The notes under the pieces were generated by a model. That model saw nothing but the letters and a program-made list of their open reading frames with translations, was not told the origin of the DNA and did no database searches. The position numbers and the translations under genes were made by a program. Below, in pieces: positions 13,201 through 29,000 of a stretch of DNA of 64,000 nucleotides (its first letter is position 1; the number at the start of each line of letters is the position of its first letter). Source of the stretch: Auanema rhodensis (Eukaryota; Animalia; Nematoda); NCBI GenBank assembly GCA_964057225.1, contig CAXKVF010000093.1, positions 78,780 through 142,779 of the forward strand, written 5' to 3'.

Positions 13201-14558
13201 AATTTCAAAGTCATGGTTACCATGCACCAATATCAATAAAAATTTGTTTTTAGACTAATATGGACATGGGGAATCTAATTTTGAAAACCGCATCTCTTTA
13301 TCTTTCACGTGAAGCGAGTTACATACCAAGTGCACATCACGTGTACATTTAATTAGCATAAATTAAAGTTCACGTAAATTTCAAAGTCATGGTTACCATG
13401 CACCAATATCAATAAAAATTTGTTTTTAGACTAATATGGACATGGGGAATCTAATTTTGAAAACCGCATCTCTTTATCTTTCACGTGAAGCGAGTTACAT
13501 ACCAAGTGCACATCACGTGTACATTTAATTAGCATTAATTAAAGTTCACGTAAATTTCAAAGTCATGGTTACCATGAACCAATATCAATAAAAATTTGTT
13601 TTTAGACTAATATGGACATGGGGAATCTAATTTTAAAAACCGCATCTCTTTATCTTTCACGTGAAGCGAGTTACATACCAAGTGCACATCACGTGTACAT
13701 TTAATTAGCATAAATTAAAGTTCACGTAACTTTCAAAGTCATGGTTACCATGCACCAATGTCAATAAAAATTTGTTTTTAGACTAATATGGACATGGGGA
13801 ATCTAATTTTGCAAACCGCATCTCTTCATCTTTCACGTGAAGCGAGTTACATACCAAGTGCACATCACGTGTACATTTAATTAGCATTAATTAAAGTTCA
13901 CGTAAATTTCAAAGTCATGGTTACCATGAACCAATATCAATAAAATTTTGTTTTTAGACTAATATGGACATGGGGAATCTAATATTGAAAACCGCATCTC
14001 TTTATCTTTCACGTGAAGCGAGTTACATACCAAGTGCACATCACGTGTACATTTAATTAGCATAAATTAAAGTTCACGTAAATTTCAAAGTCATGGTTAC
14101 CATGAACCAATATCAATAAAAATTTGTTTTTAGACTAATATGGACATGGGGAATCTAATATTGAAAACCGCATCTCTTTATCTTTCACGTGAAGCGAGTT
14201 ACATACCAAGTGCACATCACGTGTACATTTAATTAGCATAAATTAAAGTTCACGTAACTTTCAAAGTCATGGTTACCATGCACCAATATCAATAAAAATT
14301 TGTTTTTAGACTAATATGGACATGGGGAATCTAATTTTGAAAACCGCATCTCTTTATCTTTCACGTGAAGCGAGTTACATACCAAGTGCACATCACGTGT
14401 ACATTTAATTAGCATAAATTAAAGTTCACGTAAATTTCAAAGTCATGGTTACCATGCACCAATATCAATAAAAATTTGTTTTTAGACTAATATGGACATG
14501 GGGAATCTAATTTTGAAAACCCCATCTCTTTATCTTTCACGTGAAGCGAGTTACATAC

Positions 14559-15614
14559 CAAGTGCACATCACGTGTACATTTAATTAGCATAAATTAAAG
14601 TTCACGTAAATTTCAAAGTCATGGTTACCATGCACCAATGTCAATAAAAATTTGTTTTTAGACTAATATGGACATGGGGAATCTAATTTTGCAAACCGCA
14701 TCTCTTCATCTTTCACGTGAAGCGAGTTACATACCAAGTGCACATCACGTGTACATTCAATTAGCATAAATTAAAGTTCACGTAAATTTCAAAGTCATGG
14801 TTACCATGCACCAATATCAATAAAAATTTGTTTTTAGACTAATATGGACATGAGGAATCTAATTTTGAAAACCGCATCTCTTTATCTTTCACGTGAAGCG
14901 AGTTACATACCAAGTGCACATCACGTGTACATTTAATTAGCATAAATTAAAGTTCACGTAAATTTCAAAGTCATGGTTACCATGCACCAATATCAATAAA
15001 AATTTGTTTTTAGACTAATATGGACATGGGGAATCTAATTTTGAAAACCGCATCTCTTTATCTTTCACGTGAAGCGAGTTACATACCAAGTGCACATCAC
15101 GTGTACATTTAATTAGCATAAATTAAAGTTCACGTAAATTTCAAAGTCATGGTTACCATGCACCAATGTCAATAAAAATTTGTTTTTAGACTAATATGGA
15201 CATGGGGAATCTAATTTTGCAAACCGCATCTCTTCATCTTTCACGTGAAGCGAGTTACATACCAAGTGCACATCACGTGTACATTCAATTAGCATAAATT
15301 AAAGTTCACGTAAATTTCAAAGTCATGGTTACCATGCACCAATATCAATAAAAATTTGTTTTTAGACTAATATGGACATGAGGAATCTAATTTTGAAAAC
15401 CGCATCTCTTTATCTTTCACGTGAAGCGAGTTACATACCAAGTGCACATCACGTGTACATTTAATTAGCATAAATTAAAGTTCACGTAAATTTCAAAGTC
15501 ATGGTTACCATGCACCAATATCAATAAAAATTTGTTTTTAGACTAATATGGACATGGGGAATCTAATTTTGAAAACCGCATCTCTTTATCTTTCACGTGA
15601 AGCGAGTTACATAC
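14559..15614 (+). repeat. Tandem duplication of a 3-monomer (528-bp) block
   Basis: An A82G/A134C/T149C monomer followed by a T24C/G118A monomer occurs twice; T24C at 14758 and 15286. The same pair occurs at 61272 and 61800. Confidence 0.85.
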
Positions 15615-16494
15615 CAAGTGCACATCACGTGTACATTTAATTAGCATAAATTAAAGTTCACGTAAATTTCAAAGTCATGGTTACCATGCACCAATATCAA
15701 TAAAAATTTGTTTTTAGACTAATATGGACATGGGGAATCTAATTTTGAAAACCGCATCTCTTTATCTTTCACGTGAAGCGAGTTACATACCAAGTGCACA
15801 TCACGTGTACATTTAATTAGCATTAATTAAAGTTCACGTAAATTCCAAAGTCATGGTTACCATGAACCAATATCAATAAAAATTTGTTTTTAGACTAATA
15901 TGGACATGGGAAATCTAATTTTGAAAACCGCATCTCTTTATCTTTCACGTGAAGCGAGTTACATATCAAGTGCACATCACGTGTACATTTAATTAACATA
16001 AATTAAAGTTCACGTAAATTTCAAAGTCATGGTTACCATGAACCAATATCAATAAAAATTTGTTTTTAGACTAATATGGACATGGGGAATCTAATTTTGA
16101 AAACCGCATCTCTTTATCTTTCACGTGAAGCGAGTTACATACCAAGTGCACATCACGTGTACATTTAATTAGCATAAATTAAAGTTCACGTAAATTTCAA
16201 AGTCATGGTTACCATGCACCAATATCAATAAAAATTTGTTTTTAGACTAATATGGACATGGGGAATCTAATTTTGAAAACCGCATCTCTTCATCTTTCAC
16301 GTGAAGCGAGTTACATACCAAGTGCACATCACGTGTACATTTAATTAGCATAAATTAAAGTTCACGTAAATTTCAAAGTCATGGTTACCATGCACCAATA
16401 TCAATAAAAATTTGTTTTTAGACTAATATGGACATGGGGAATCTAATTTTGAAAACCGCATCTCTTTATCTTTCACGTGAAGCGAGTTACATAC

Positions 16495-17900
16495 CAAGTG
16501 CACATCACGTGTACATTTAATTAGCATAAATTAAAGTTCACGTAAATTTCAAAGTCATGGTTACCATGAACCAATATCAATAAAAATTTGTTTTTAGACT
16601 AATATGGACATGGGGAATCTAATTTTGAAAACCGCATCTCTTATCTTTCACGTGAAGCGAGTTACATACCAAGTGCACATCACGTGTACATTTAATTAGC
16701 ATAAATTAAAGTTCACGTAAATTTCAAAGTCATGGTTACCATGCACCAATATCAATAAAAATTTGTTTTTAGACTAATATGGACATGGGGAATCTAATTT
16801 TGAAAACCGCATCTCTTTATCTTTCACGTGAAGCGAGTTACATACCAAGTGCACATCACGTGTACATTTAATTAGCATAAATTAAAGTTCACGTAAATTT
16901 CAAAGTCATGGTTACCATGAACCAATATCAATAAAAATTTGTTTTTAGACTAATATGGACATGGGGAATCTAATATTGAAAACCGCATCTCTTTATCTTT
17001 CACGTGAAGCGAGTTACATACCAAGTGCACATCACGTGTACATTTAATTAGCATAAATTAAAGTTCACGTAACTTTCAAAGTCATGGTTACCATGCACCA
17101 ATATCAATAAAAATTTGTTTTTAGACTAATATGGACATGGGGAATCTAATTTTGAAAACCGCATCTCTTTATCTTTCACGTGAAGCGAGTTACATACCAA
17201 GTGCACATCACGTGTACATTTAATTAGCATAAATTAAAGTTCACGTAAATTTCAAAGTCATGGTTACCATGAACCAATATCAATAAAAATTTGTTTTTAG
17301 ACTAATATGGACATGGGGAATCTAATTTTGAAAACCGCATCTCTTATCTTTCACGTGAAGCGAGTTACATACCAAGTGCACATCACGTGTACATTTAATT
17401 AGCATAAATTAAAGTTCACGTAAATTTCAAAGTCATGGTTACCATGCACCAATATCAATAAAAATTTGTTTTTAGACTAATATGGACATGGGGAATCTAA
17501 TTTTGAAAACCGCATCTCTTTATCTTTCACGTGAAGCGAGTTACATACCAAGTGCACATCACGTGTACATTTAATTAGCATAAATTAAAGTTCACGTAAA
17601 TTTCAAAGTCATGGTTACCATGAACCAATATCAATAAAAATTTGTTTTTAGACTAATATGGACATGGGGAATCTAATATTGAAAACCGCATCTCTTTATC
17701 TTTCACGTGAAGCGAGTTACATACCAAGTGCACATCACGTGTACATTTAATTAGCATAAATTAAAGTTCACGTAACTTTCAAAGTCATGGTTACCATGCA
17801 CCAATATCAATAAAAATTTGTTTTTAGACTAATATGGACATGGGGAATCTAATTTTGAAAACCGCATCTCTTTATCTTTCACGTGAAGCGAGTTACATAC
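16495..17900 (+). repeat. Tandem duplication of a 4-monomer (703-bp) block that includes a 175-bp monomer
   Basis: A 1-bp deletion (TCTCTTATC) near 16641 and 17344, each followed by plain, T130A and A52C monomers. Confidence 0.85.
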
Positions 17901-20900
17901 CAAGTGCACATCACGTGTACATTTAATTAGCATAAATTAAAGTTCACGTAAATTTCAAAGTCATGGTTACCATGCACCAATATCAATAAAAATTTGTTTT
18001 TAGACTAATATGGACATGGGGAATCTAATTTTGAAAACCGCATCTCTTTATCTTTCACGTGAAGCGAGTTACATACCAAGTGCACATCACGTGTACATTT
18101 AATTAGCATAAATTAAAGTTCACGTAAATTTCAAAGTCATGGTTACCATGAACCAATATCAATAAAAATTTGTTTTTAGACTAATATGGACATGGGGAAT
18201 CTAATTTTGAAAACCGCATCTCTTTATCTTTCACGTGAAGCGAGTTACATACCAAGTGCACATCACGTGTACATTTAATTAGCATAAATTAAAGTTCACG
18301 TAAATTTCAAAGTCATGGTTACCATGCACCAATATCAATAAAAATTTGTTTTTAGACTAATATGGACATGGGGAATCTAATTTTGAAAACCGCATCTCTT
18401 TATCTTTCACGTGAAGCGAGTTACATACCAAGTGCACATCACGTGTACATTTAATTAGCATAAATTAAAGTTCACGTAAATTTCAAAGTCATGGTTACCA
18501 TGCACCAATATCAATAAAAATTTGTTTTTAGACTAATATGGACATGGGGAATCTAATTTTGCAAACCGCATCTTTTCATCTTTCACGTGAAGCGAGTTAC
18601 ATACCAAGTGCACATCACGTGTACATTTAATTAGCATTAATTAAAGTTCACGTAAATTTCAAAGTCATGGTTACCATGAACCAATATCAATAAAAATTTG
18701 TTTTTAGACTAATATGGACATGGGGAATCTAATTTTGAAAACCGCATCTCTTTATCTTTCACGTGAAGCGAGTTACATACCAAGTGCACATCACGTGTAC
18801 ATTTAATTAGCATAAATTAAAGTTCACGTAACTTTCAAAGTCATGGTTACCATGCACCAATGTCAATAAAAATTTGTTTTTAGACTAATATGGACATGGG
18901 GAATCTAATTTTGCAAACCGCATCTCTTCATCTTTCACGTGAAGCGAGTTACATACCAAGTGCACATCACGTGTACATTTAATTAGCATTAATTAAAGTT
19001 CACGTAAATTTCAAAGTCATGGTTACCATGAACCAATATCAATAAAATTTTGTTTTTAGACTAATATGGACATGGGGAATCTAATATTGAAAACCGCATC
19101 TCTTTATCTTTCACGTGAAGCGAGTTACATACCAAGTGCACATCACGTGTACATTTAATTAGCATAAATTAAAGTTCACGTAAATTTCAAAGTCATGGTT
19201 ACCATGCACCAATATCAATAAAATTTTGTTTTTAGACTAATATGGACATGGGGAATCTAATTTTGCAAACCGCATCTCTTCATCTTTCACGTGAAGCGAG
19301 TTACATACCAAGTGCACATCACGTGTACATTTAATTAGCATTAATTAAAGTTCACGTAAATTTCAAAGTCATGGTTACCATGAACCAATATCAATAAAAA
19401 TTTGTTTTTAGACTAATATGGACATGGGGAATCTAATTTTGAAAACCGCATCTCTTTATCTTTCACGTGAAGCGAGTTACATACCAAGTGCACATCACGT
19501 GTACATTTAATTAGCATAAATTAAAGTTCACGTAACTTTCAAAGTCATGGTTACCATGCACCAATATCAATAAAAATTTGTTTTTAGACTAATATGGACA
19601 TGGGGAATCTAATTTTGAAAACCGCATCTCTTTATCTTTCACGTGAAGCGAGTTACATACCAAGAGCACATCACGTGTACATTTAATTAGCATAAATTAA
19701 AGTTCACGTAACTTTCAAAGTCATGGTTACCATGCACCAATATCAATAAAAATTTGTTTTTAGACTAATATGGACATGGGGAATCTAATTTTGAAAACCG
19801 CATCTCTTTATCTTTCACGTGAAGCGAGTTACATACCAAGTGCACATCACGTGTACATTTAATTAGCATAAATTAAAGTTCACGTAAATTTCAAAGTCAT
19901 GGTTACCATGCACCAATATCAATAAAAATTTGTTTTTAGACTAATATGGACATGGGGAATCTAATTTTGAAAACCGCATCTCTTTATCTTTCACGTGAAG
20001 CGAGTTACATACCAAGTGCACATCACGTGTACATTTAATTAGCATAAATTAAAGTTCACGTAAATTTCAAAGTCATGGTTACCATGAACCAATATCAATA
20101 AAAATTTGTTTTTAGACTAATATGGACATGGGGAATCTAATTTTGAAAACCGCATCTCTTTATCTTTCACGTGAAGCGAGTTACATACCAAGTGCACATC
20201 ACGTGTACATTTAATTAGCATAAATTAAAGTTCACGTAAATTTCAAAGTCATGGTTACCATGCACCAATATCAATAAAAATTTGTTTTTAGACTAATATG
20301 GACATGGGGAATCTAATTTTGAAAACCGCATCTCTTTATCTTTCACGTGAAGCGAGTTACATACCAAGTGCACATCACGTGTACATTTAATTAGCATAAA
20401 TTAAAGTTCACGTAAATTTCAAAGTCATGGTTACCATGCACCAATATCAATAAAAATTTGTTTTTAGACTAATATGGACATGGGGAATCTAATTTTGCAA
20501 ACCGCATCTCTTCATCTTTCACGTGAAGCGAGTTACATACCAAGTGCACATCACGTGTACATTTAATTAGCATAAATTAAAGTTCACGTAAATTTCAAAG
20601 TCATGGTTACCATGCACCAATATCAATAAAAATTTGTTTTTAAACTAATATGGACATGGGGAATCTAATTTTGAAAACCGCATCTCTTTATCTTTCACGT
20701 GAAGCGAGTTACATACCAAGTGCACATCACGTGTACATTTAATTAGCATAAATTAAAGTTCACGTAAATTTCAAAGTCATGGTTACCATGCACCAATATG
20801 AATAAAAATTTGTTTTTAGACTAATATGGACATGGGGAATCTAATTTTGAAAACCGCATCTCCTTATCTTTCACGTGAAGCGAGTTACATACCAAGTGCA

Positions 20901-21068
20901 CATCACGTGTACATTTAATTAGCATAAATTAAAGTTCACGTAAATTTCAAAGTCATGGTTACCATGCACCAATATCAATAAAAATTTGTTTTTAGACTAA
21001 TATGGACATGGGGAATCTAATTTTGAAAACCGCATCTCTTTATCTTTCACGTGAAGCGAGTTACATAC

Positions 21069-21163
21069 CAAGTACACATCACGTGTACATTTAATTAGCA
21101 TTAATTAAAGAATTAAAGTGAAAACCGCATCTCTTTATCTTTCACGTGAAGCGAGTTACATAC
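21069..21163 (+). repeat. 95-bp truncated monomer (monomer positions 43-131 deleted, 8-bp AATTAAAG inserted; carries G6A and A34T), copy 1
   Basis: Reads CAAGTACAC...GCATTAATTAAAG-AATTAAAG-TGAAAACCGC. The next monomer starts at 21164; 42+8+45 = 95. Confidence 0.95.
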
Positions 21164-24100
21164 CAAGTGCACATCACGTGTACATTTAATTAGCATTAAT
21201 TAAAGTTCACGTAAATTTAAAAGTCATGGTTACCATGAACCAATATCAATAAAAATTTGTTTTTAGACTAATATGGACATGGGGAATCTAATTTTGAAAA
21301 CCGCATCTCTTTATCTTTCACGTGAAGCGAGTTACATACCAAGTGCACATCACGTGTACATTTAATTAGCATAAATTAAAGTTCACGTAAATTTCAAAGT
21401 CATGGTTACCATGCACCAATATCAATAAAAATTTGTTTTTAGACTAATATGGACATGGGGAATCTAATTTTGAAAACCGCATCTCCTTATCTTTCACGTG
21501 AAGCGAGTTACATACCAAGTGCACATCACGTGTACATTTAATTAGCATAAATTAAAGTTCACGTAAATTTCAAAGTCATGGTTACCATGCACCAATATCA
21601 ATAAAAATTTGTTTTTAGACTAATATGGACATGGGGAATCTAATTTTGAAAACCGCATCTCTTTATCTTTCACGTGAAGCGAGTTACATACCAAGTGCAC
21701 ATCACGTGTACATTTAATTAGCATTAATTAAAGTTCACGTAAATTTAAAAGTCATGGTTACCATGAACCAATATCAATAAAAATTTGTTTTTAGACTAAT
21801 ATGGACATGGGGAATCTAATTTTGAAAACCGCATCTCTTTATCTTTCACGTGAAGCGAGTTACATACCAAGTGCACATCACGTGTACATTTAATTAGCAT
21901 AAATTAAAGTTCACGTAAATTTCAAAGTCATGGTTACCATGCACCAATATCAATAAAAATTTGTTTTTAGACTAATATGGACATGGGGAATCTAATTTTG
22001 AAAACCGCATCTCTTTATCTTTCACGTGAAGCGAGTTACATACTAAGTGCACATCACGTGTACATTTAATTAGCATAAATTAAAGTTCACGTAAATTTCA
22101 AAGTCATGGTTACCATGAACCAATATCAATAAAAATTTGTTTTTAGACTAATATGGACATGGGGAATCTAATTTTGAAAACCGCATCTCTTTATCTTTCA
22201 CGTGAAGCGAGTTACATACCAAGTGCACATCACGTGTACATTTAATTAGCATAAATTAAAGTTCACGTAAATTTCAAAGTCATGGTTACCATGAACCAAT
22301 ATCAATAAAAATTTGTTTTTAGACTAATATGGACATGGGGAATCTAATATTGAAAACCGAATCTCTTTATCTTTCACGTGAAGCGAGTTACATACCAAGT
22401 GCACATCACGTGTACATTTAATTAGCATAAATTAAAGTTCACGTAACTTTCAAAGTCATGGTTACCATGCACCAATATCAATAAAAATTTGTTTTTAGAC
22501 TAATATGGACATGGGGAATCTAATTTTGAAAACCGCATCTCTTTATCTTTCACGTGAAGCGAGTTACATACCAAGTGCACATCACGTGTACATTTAATTA
22601 GCATAAATTAAAGTTCACGTAAATTTCAAAGTCATGGTTACCATGCACCAATATCAATAAAAATTTGTTTTTAGACTAATATGGACATGGGGAATCTAAT
22701 TTTGAAAACCGCATCTCTTTATCTTTCACGTGAAGCGAGTTACATACCAAGTGCACATCACGTGTACATTTAATTAGCATAAATTAAAGTTCACGTAAAT
22801 TTCAAAGTCATGGTTACCATGCACCAATATCAATAAAAATTTGTTTTTAGACTAATATGGACATGGGGAATCTAATTTTGAAAACCGCATCTCTTTATCT
22901 TTCACGTGAAGCGAGTTACATACCAAGTGCACATCACGTGTACATTTAATTAGCATAAATTAAAGTTCACGTAAATTTCAAAGTCATGGTTACCATGCAC
23001 CAATATCAATAAAAATTTGTTTTTAGACTAATATGGACATGGGGAATCTAATTTTGAAAACCGCATCTCTTTATCTTTCACGTGAAGCGAGTTACATACC
23101 AAGTGCACATCACGTGTACATTTAATTAGCATAAATTAAAGTTCACGTAAATTTCAAAGTCATGGTTACCATGCACCAATATCAATAAAAATTTGTTTTT
23201 AGACTAATATGGACATGGGGAATCTAATTTTGAAAACCGCATCTCTTCATCTTTCACGTGAAGCGAGTTACATACCAAGTGAAGCGAGTTACATACCAAG
23301 TGCACATCACGTGTACATTTAATTAGCATAAATTAAAGTTCACGTAAATTTCAAAGTCATGGTTACCATGCACCAATATCAATAAAAATTTGTTTTTAGA
23401 CTAATATGGACATGGGGAATCTAATTTTGAAAACCGCATCTCTTTATCTTTCACGTGAAGCGAGTTACATACCAAGTGCACATCACGTGTACATTTAATT
23501 AGCATAAATTAAAGTTCACGTAAATTTCAAAGTCATGGTTACCATGCACCAATATCAATAAAAATTTGTTTTTAGACTAATATGGACATGGGGAATCTAA
23601 TTTTGAAAACCGCATCTCTTTATCTTTCACGTGAAGCGAGTTACATACCAAGTGCACATCACGTGTACATTTAATTAGCATAAATTAAAGTTCACGTAAA
23701 TTTCAAAGTCATGGTTACCATGAACCAATATCAATAAAAATTTGTTTTTAGACTAATATGGACATGGGGAATCTAATTTTGAAAACCGCATCTCTTTATC
23801 TTTCACGTGAAGCGAGTTACATACCAAGTGCACATCACGTGTACATTTAATTAGCATTAATTAAAGTTCACGTAAATTTCAAAGTCATGGTTACCATGAA
23901 CCAATATCAATAAAAATTTGTTTTTAGACTAATATGGACATGGGGAATCTAATTTTGAAAACCGCATCTCTTTATCTTTCACGTGAAGCGAGTTACATAC
24001 CAAGTGCACATCACGTGTACATTTAATTAGCATAAATTAAAGTTCACGTAAATTTCAAAGTCATGGTTACCATGAACCAATATCAATAAAAATTTGTTTT

Positions 24101-25957
24101 TAGACTAATATGGACATGGGGAATCTAATTTTGAAAACCGCATCTCTTTATCTTTCACGTGAAGCGAGTTACATACCAAGTGCACATCACGTGTACATTT
24201 AATTAGCATAAATTAAAGTTCACGTAAATTTCAAAGTCATGGTTACCATGCACCAATATCAATAAAAATTTGTTTTTAGACTAATATGGACATGGGGAAT
24301 CTAATTTTGAAAACCGCATCTCTTTATCTTTCACGTGAAGCGAGTTACATACCAAGTGCACATCACGTGTACATTTAATTAGCATAAATTAAAGTTCACG
24401 TAAATTTCAAAGTCATGGTTACCATGCACCAATATCAATAAAAATTTGTTTTTAGACTAATATGGACATGGGGAATCTAATTTTGAAAACCGCATCTCTT
24501 CATCTTTCACGTGAAGCGAGTTACATACCAAGTGAAGCGAGTTACATACCAAGTGCACATCACGTGTACATTTAATTAGCATAAATTAAAGTTCACGTAA
24601 ATTTCAAAGTCATGGTTACCATGCACCAATATCAATAAAAATTTGTTTTTAGACTAATATGGACATGGGGAATCTAATTTTGAAAACCGCATCTCTTTAT
24701 CTTTCACGTGAAGCGAGTTACATACCAAGTGCACATCACGTGTACATTTAATTAGCATAAATTAAAGTTCACGTAAATTTCAAAGTCATGGTTACCATGA
24801 ACCAATATCAATAAAAATTTGTTTTTAGACTAATATGGACATGGGGAATCTAATTTTGAAAACCGCATCTCTTTATCTTTCACGTGAAGCGAGTTACATA
24901 CCAAGTGCACATCACGTGTACATTTAATTAGCATTAATTAAAGTTCACGTAAATTTCAAAGTCATGGTTACCATGAACCAATATCAATAAAAATTTGTTT
25001 TTAGACTAATATGGACATGGGGAATCTAATTTTGAAAACCGCATCTCTTTATCTTTCACGTGAAGCGAGTTACATACCAAGTGCACATCACGTGTACATT
25101 TAATTAGCATAAATTAAAGTTCACGTAAATTTCAAAGTCATGGTTACCATGCACCAATATCAATAAAAATTTGTTTTTAGACTAATATGGACATGGGGAA
25201 TCTAATTTTGAAAACCGCATCTCTTTATCTTTCACGTGAAGCGAGTTACATACCAAGTGCACATCACGTGTACATTTAATTAGCATAAATTAAAGTTCAC
25301 GTAAATTTCAAAGTCATGGTTACCATGCACCAATATCAATAAAAATTTGTTTTTAGACTAATATGGACATGGGGAATCTAATTTTGCAAACCGCATCTCT
25401 TCATCTTTCACGTGAAGCGAGTTACATACCAAGTGCACATCACGTGTACATTTAATTAGCATAAATTAAAGTTCACGTAAATTTCAAAGTCATGGTTACC
25501 ATGCACCAATATCAATAAAAATTTGTTTTTAAACTAATATGGACATGGGGAATCTAATTTTGAAAACCGCATCTCTTTATCTTTCACGTGAAGCGAGTTA
25601 CATACCAAGTGCACATCACGTGTACATTTAATTAGCATAAATTAAAGTTCACGTAAATTTCAAAGTCATGGTTACCATGCACCAATATGAATAAAAATTT
25701 GTTTTTAGACTAATATGGACATGGGGAATCTAATTTTGAAAACCGCATCTCCTTATCTTTCACGTGAAGCGAGTTACATACCAAGTGCACATCACGTGTA
25801 CATTTAATTAGCATAAATTAAAGTTCACGTAAATTTCAAAGTCATGGTTACCATGCACCAATATCAATAAAAATTTGTTTTTAGACTAATATGGACATGG
25901 GGAATCTAATTTTGAAAACCGCATCTCTTTATCTTTCACGTGAAGCGAGTTACATAC

Positions 25958-26052
25958 CAAGTACACATCACGTGTACATTTAATTAGCATTAATTAAAGA
26001 ATTAAAGTGAAAACCGCATCTCTTTATCTTTCACGTGAAGCGAGTTACATAC
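25958..26052 (+). repeat. 95-bp truncated monomer, copy 2
   Basis: Same junction and G6A marker as 21069-21163, offset 4889 bp. Confidence 0.95.
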
Positions 26053-29000
26053 CAAGTGCACATCACGTGTACATTTAATTAGCATTAATTAAAGTTCACG
26101 TAAATTTAAAAGTCATGGTTACCATGAACCAATATCAATAAAAATTTGTTTTTAGACTAATATGGACATGGGGAATCTAATTTTGAAAACCGCATCTCTT
26201 TATCTTTCACGTGAAGCGAGTTACATACCAAGTGCACATCACGTGTACATTTAATTAGCATAAATTAAAGTTCACGTAAATTTCAAAGTCATGGTTACCA
26301 TGCACCAATATCAATAAAAATTTGTTTTTAGACTAATATGGACATGGGGAATCTAATTTTGAAAACCGCATCTCCTTATCTTTCACGTGAAGCGAGTTAC
26401 ATACCAAGTGCACATCACGTGTACATTTAATTAGCATAAATTAAAGTTCACGTAAATTTCAAAGTCATGGTTACCATGCACCAATATCAATAAAAATTTG
26501 TTTTTAGACTAATATGGACATGGGGAATCTAATTTTGAAAACCGCATCTCTTTATCTTTCACGTGAAGCGAGTTACATACCAAGTGCACATCACGTGTAC
26601 ATTTAATTAGCATTAATTAAAGTTCACGTAAATTTAAAAGTCATGGTTACCATGAACCAATATCAATAAAAATTTGTTTTTAGACTAATATGGACATGGG
26701 GAATCTAATTTTGAAAACCGCATCTCTTTATCTTTCACGTGAAGCGAGTTACATACCAAGTGCACATCACGTGTACATTTAATTAGCATAAATTAAAGTT
26801 CACGTAAATTTCAAAGTCATGGTTACCATGCACCAATATCAATAAAAATTTGTTTTTAGACTAATATGGACATGGGGAATCTAATTTTGAAAACCGCATC
26901 TCTTTATCTTTCACGTGAAGCGAGTTACATACCAAGTGCACATCACGTGTACATTTAATTAGCATTAATTAAAGTTCACGTAAATTTAAAAGTCATGGTT
27001 ACCATGAACCAATATCAATAAAAATTTGTTTTTAGACTAATATGGACATGGGGAATCTAATTTTGAAAACCGCATCTCTTTATCTTTCACGTGAAGCGAG
27101 TTACATACCAAGTGCACATCACGTGTACATTTAATTAGCATAAATTAAAGTTCACGTAAATTTCAAAGTCATGGTTACCATGCACCAATATCAATAAAAA
27201 TTTGTTTTTAGACTAATATGGACATGGGGAATCTAATTTTGAAAACCGCATCTCTTTATCTTTCACGTGAAGCGAGTTACATACTAAGTGCACATCACGT
27301 GTACATTTAATTAGCATAAATTAAAGTTCACGTAAATTTCAAAGTCATGGTTACCATGAACCAATATCAATAAAAATTTGTTTTTAGACTAATATGGACA
27401 TGGGGAATCTAATTTTGAAAACCGCATCTCTTTATCTTTCACGTGAAGCGAGTTACATACCAAGTGCACATCACGTGTACATTTAATTAGCATAAATTAA
27501 AGTTCACGTAAATTTCAAAGTCATGGTTACCATGAACCAATATCAATAAAAATTTGTTTTTAGACTAATATGGACATGGGGAATCTAATTTTGAAAACCG
27601 CATCTCTTTATCTTTCACGTGAAGCGAGTTACATACCAAGTGCACATCACGTGTACATTTAATTAGCATAAATTAAAGTTCACGTAAATTTCAAAGTCAT
27701 GGTTACCATGAACCAATATCAATAAAAATTTGTTTTTAGACTAATATGGACATGGGGAATCTAATTTTGAAAACCGCATCTCTTTATCTTTCACGTGAAG
27801 CGAGTTACATACCAAGTGCACATCACGTGTACATTTAATTAGCATAAATTAAAGTTCACGTAAATTTCAAAGTCATGGTTACCATGCACCAATATCAATA
27901 AAAATTTGTTTTTAGACTAATATGGACATGGGGAATCTAATTTTGAAAACCGCATCTCCTTATCTTTCACGTGAAGCGAGTTACATACCAAGTGCACATC
28001 ACGTGTACATTTAATTAGCATAAATTAAAGTTCACGTAAATTTCAAAGTCATGGTTACCATGCACCAATATCAATAAAAATTTGTTTTTAGACTAATATG
28101 GACATGGGGAATCTAATTTTGAAAACCGCATCTCTTTATCTTTCACGTGAAGCGAGTTACATACCAAGTGCACATCACGTGTACATTTAATTAGCATTAA
28201 TTAAAGTTCACGTAAATTTAAAAGTCATGGTTACCATGAACCAATATCAATAAAAATTTGTTTTTAGACTAATATGGACATGGGGAATCTAATTTTGAAA
28301 ACCGCATCTCTTTATCTTTCACGTGAAGCGAGTTACATACCAAGTGCACATCACGTGTACATTTAATTAGCATAAATTAAAGTTCACGTAAATTTCAAAG
28401 TCATGGTTACCATGCACCAATATCAATAAAAATTTGTTTTTAGACTAATATGGACATGGGGAATCTAATTTTGAAAACCGCATCTCTTTATCTTTCACGT
28501 GAAGCGAGTTACATACTAAGTGCACATCACGTGTACATTTAATTAGCATAAATTAAAGTTCACGTAAATTTCAAAGTCATGGTTACCATGAACCAATATC
28601 AATAAAAATTTGTTTTTAGACTAATATGGACATGGGGAATCTAATTTTGAAAACCGCATCTCTTTATCTTTCACGTGAAGCGAGTTACATACCAAGTGCA
28701 CATCACGTGTACATTTAATTAGCATAAATTAAAGTTCACGTAAATTTCAAAGTCATGGTTACCATGAACCAATATCAATAAAAATTTGTTTTTAGACTAA
28801 TATGGACATGGGGAATCTAATATTGAAAACCGAATCTCTTTATCTTTCACGTGAAGCGAGTTACATACCAAGTGCACATCACGTGTACATTTAATTAGCA
28901 TAAATTAAAGTTCACGTAACTTTCAAAGTCATGGTTACCATGCACCAATATCAATAAAAATTTGTTTTTAGACTAATATGGACATGGGGAATCTAATTTT

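Larger units (their letters stand above)
1..16850 (+). repeat. Large intra-array duplication, copy A (left end lies at or beyond the window edge; right end approximate)
   Basis: The ordered series of rare variants recurs at +45643 (e.g. 1233/46876, 4556/50199), then +45291 (6006/51297, 7738/53029, 11856/57147, 12816/58107), then about +46512 (15845/62357). Confidence 0.9.
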
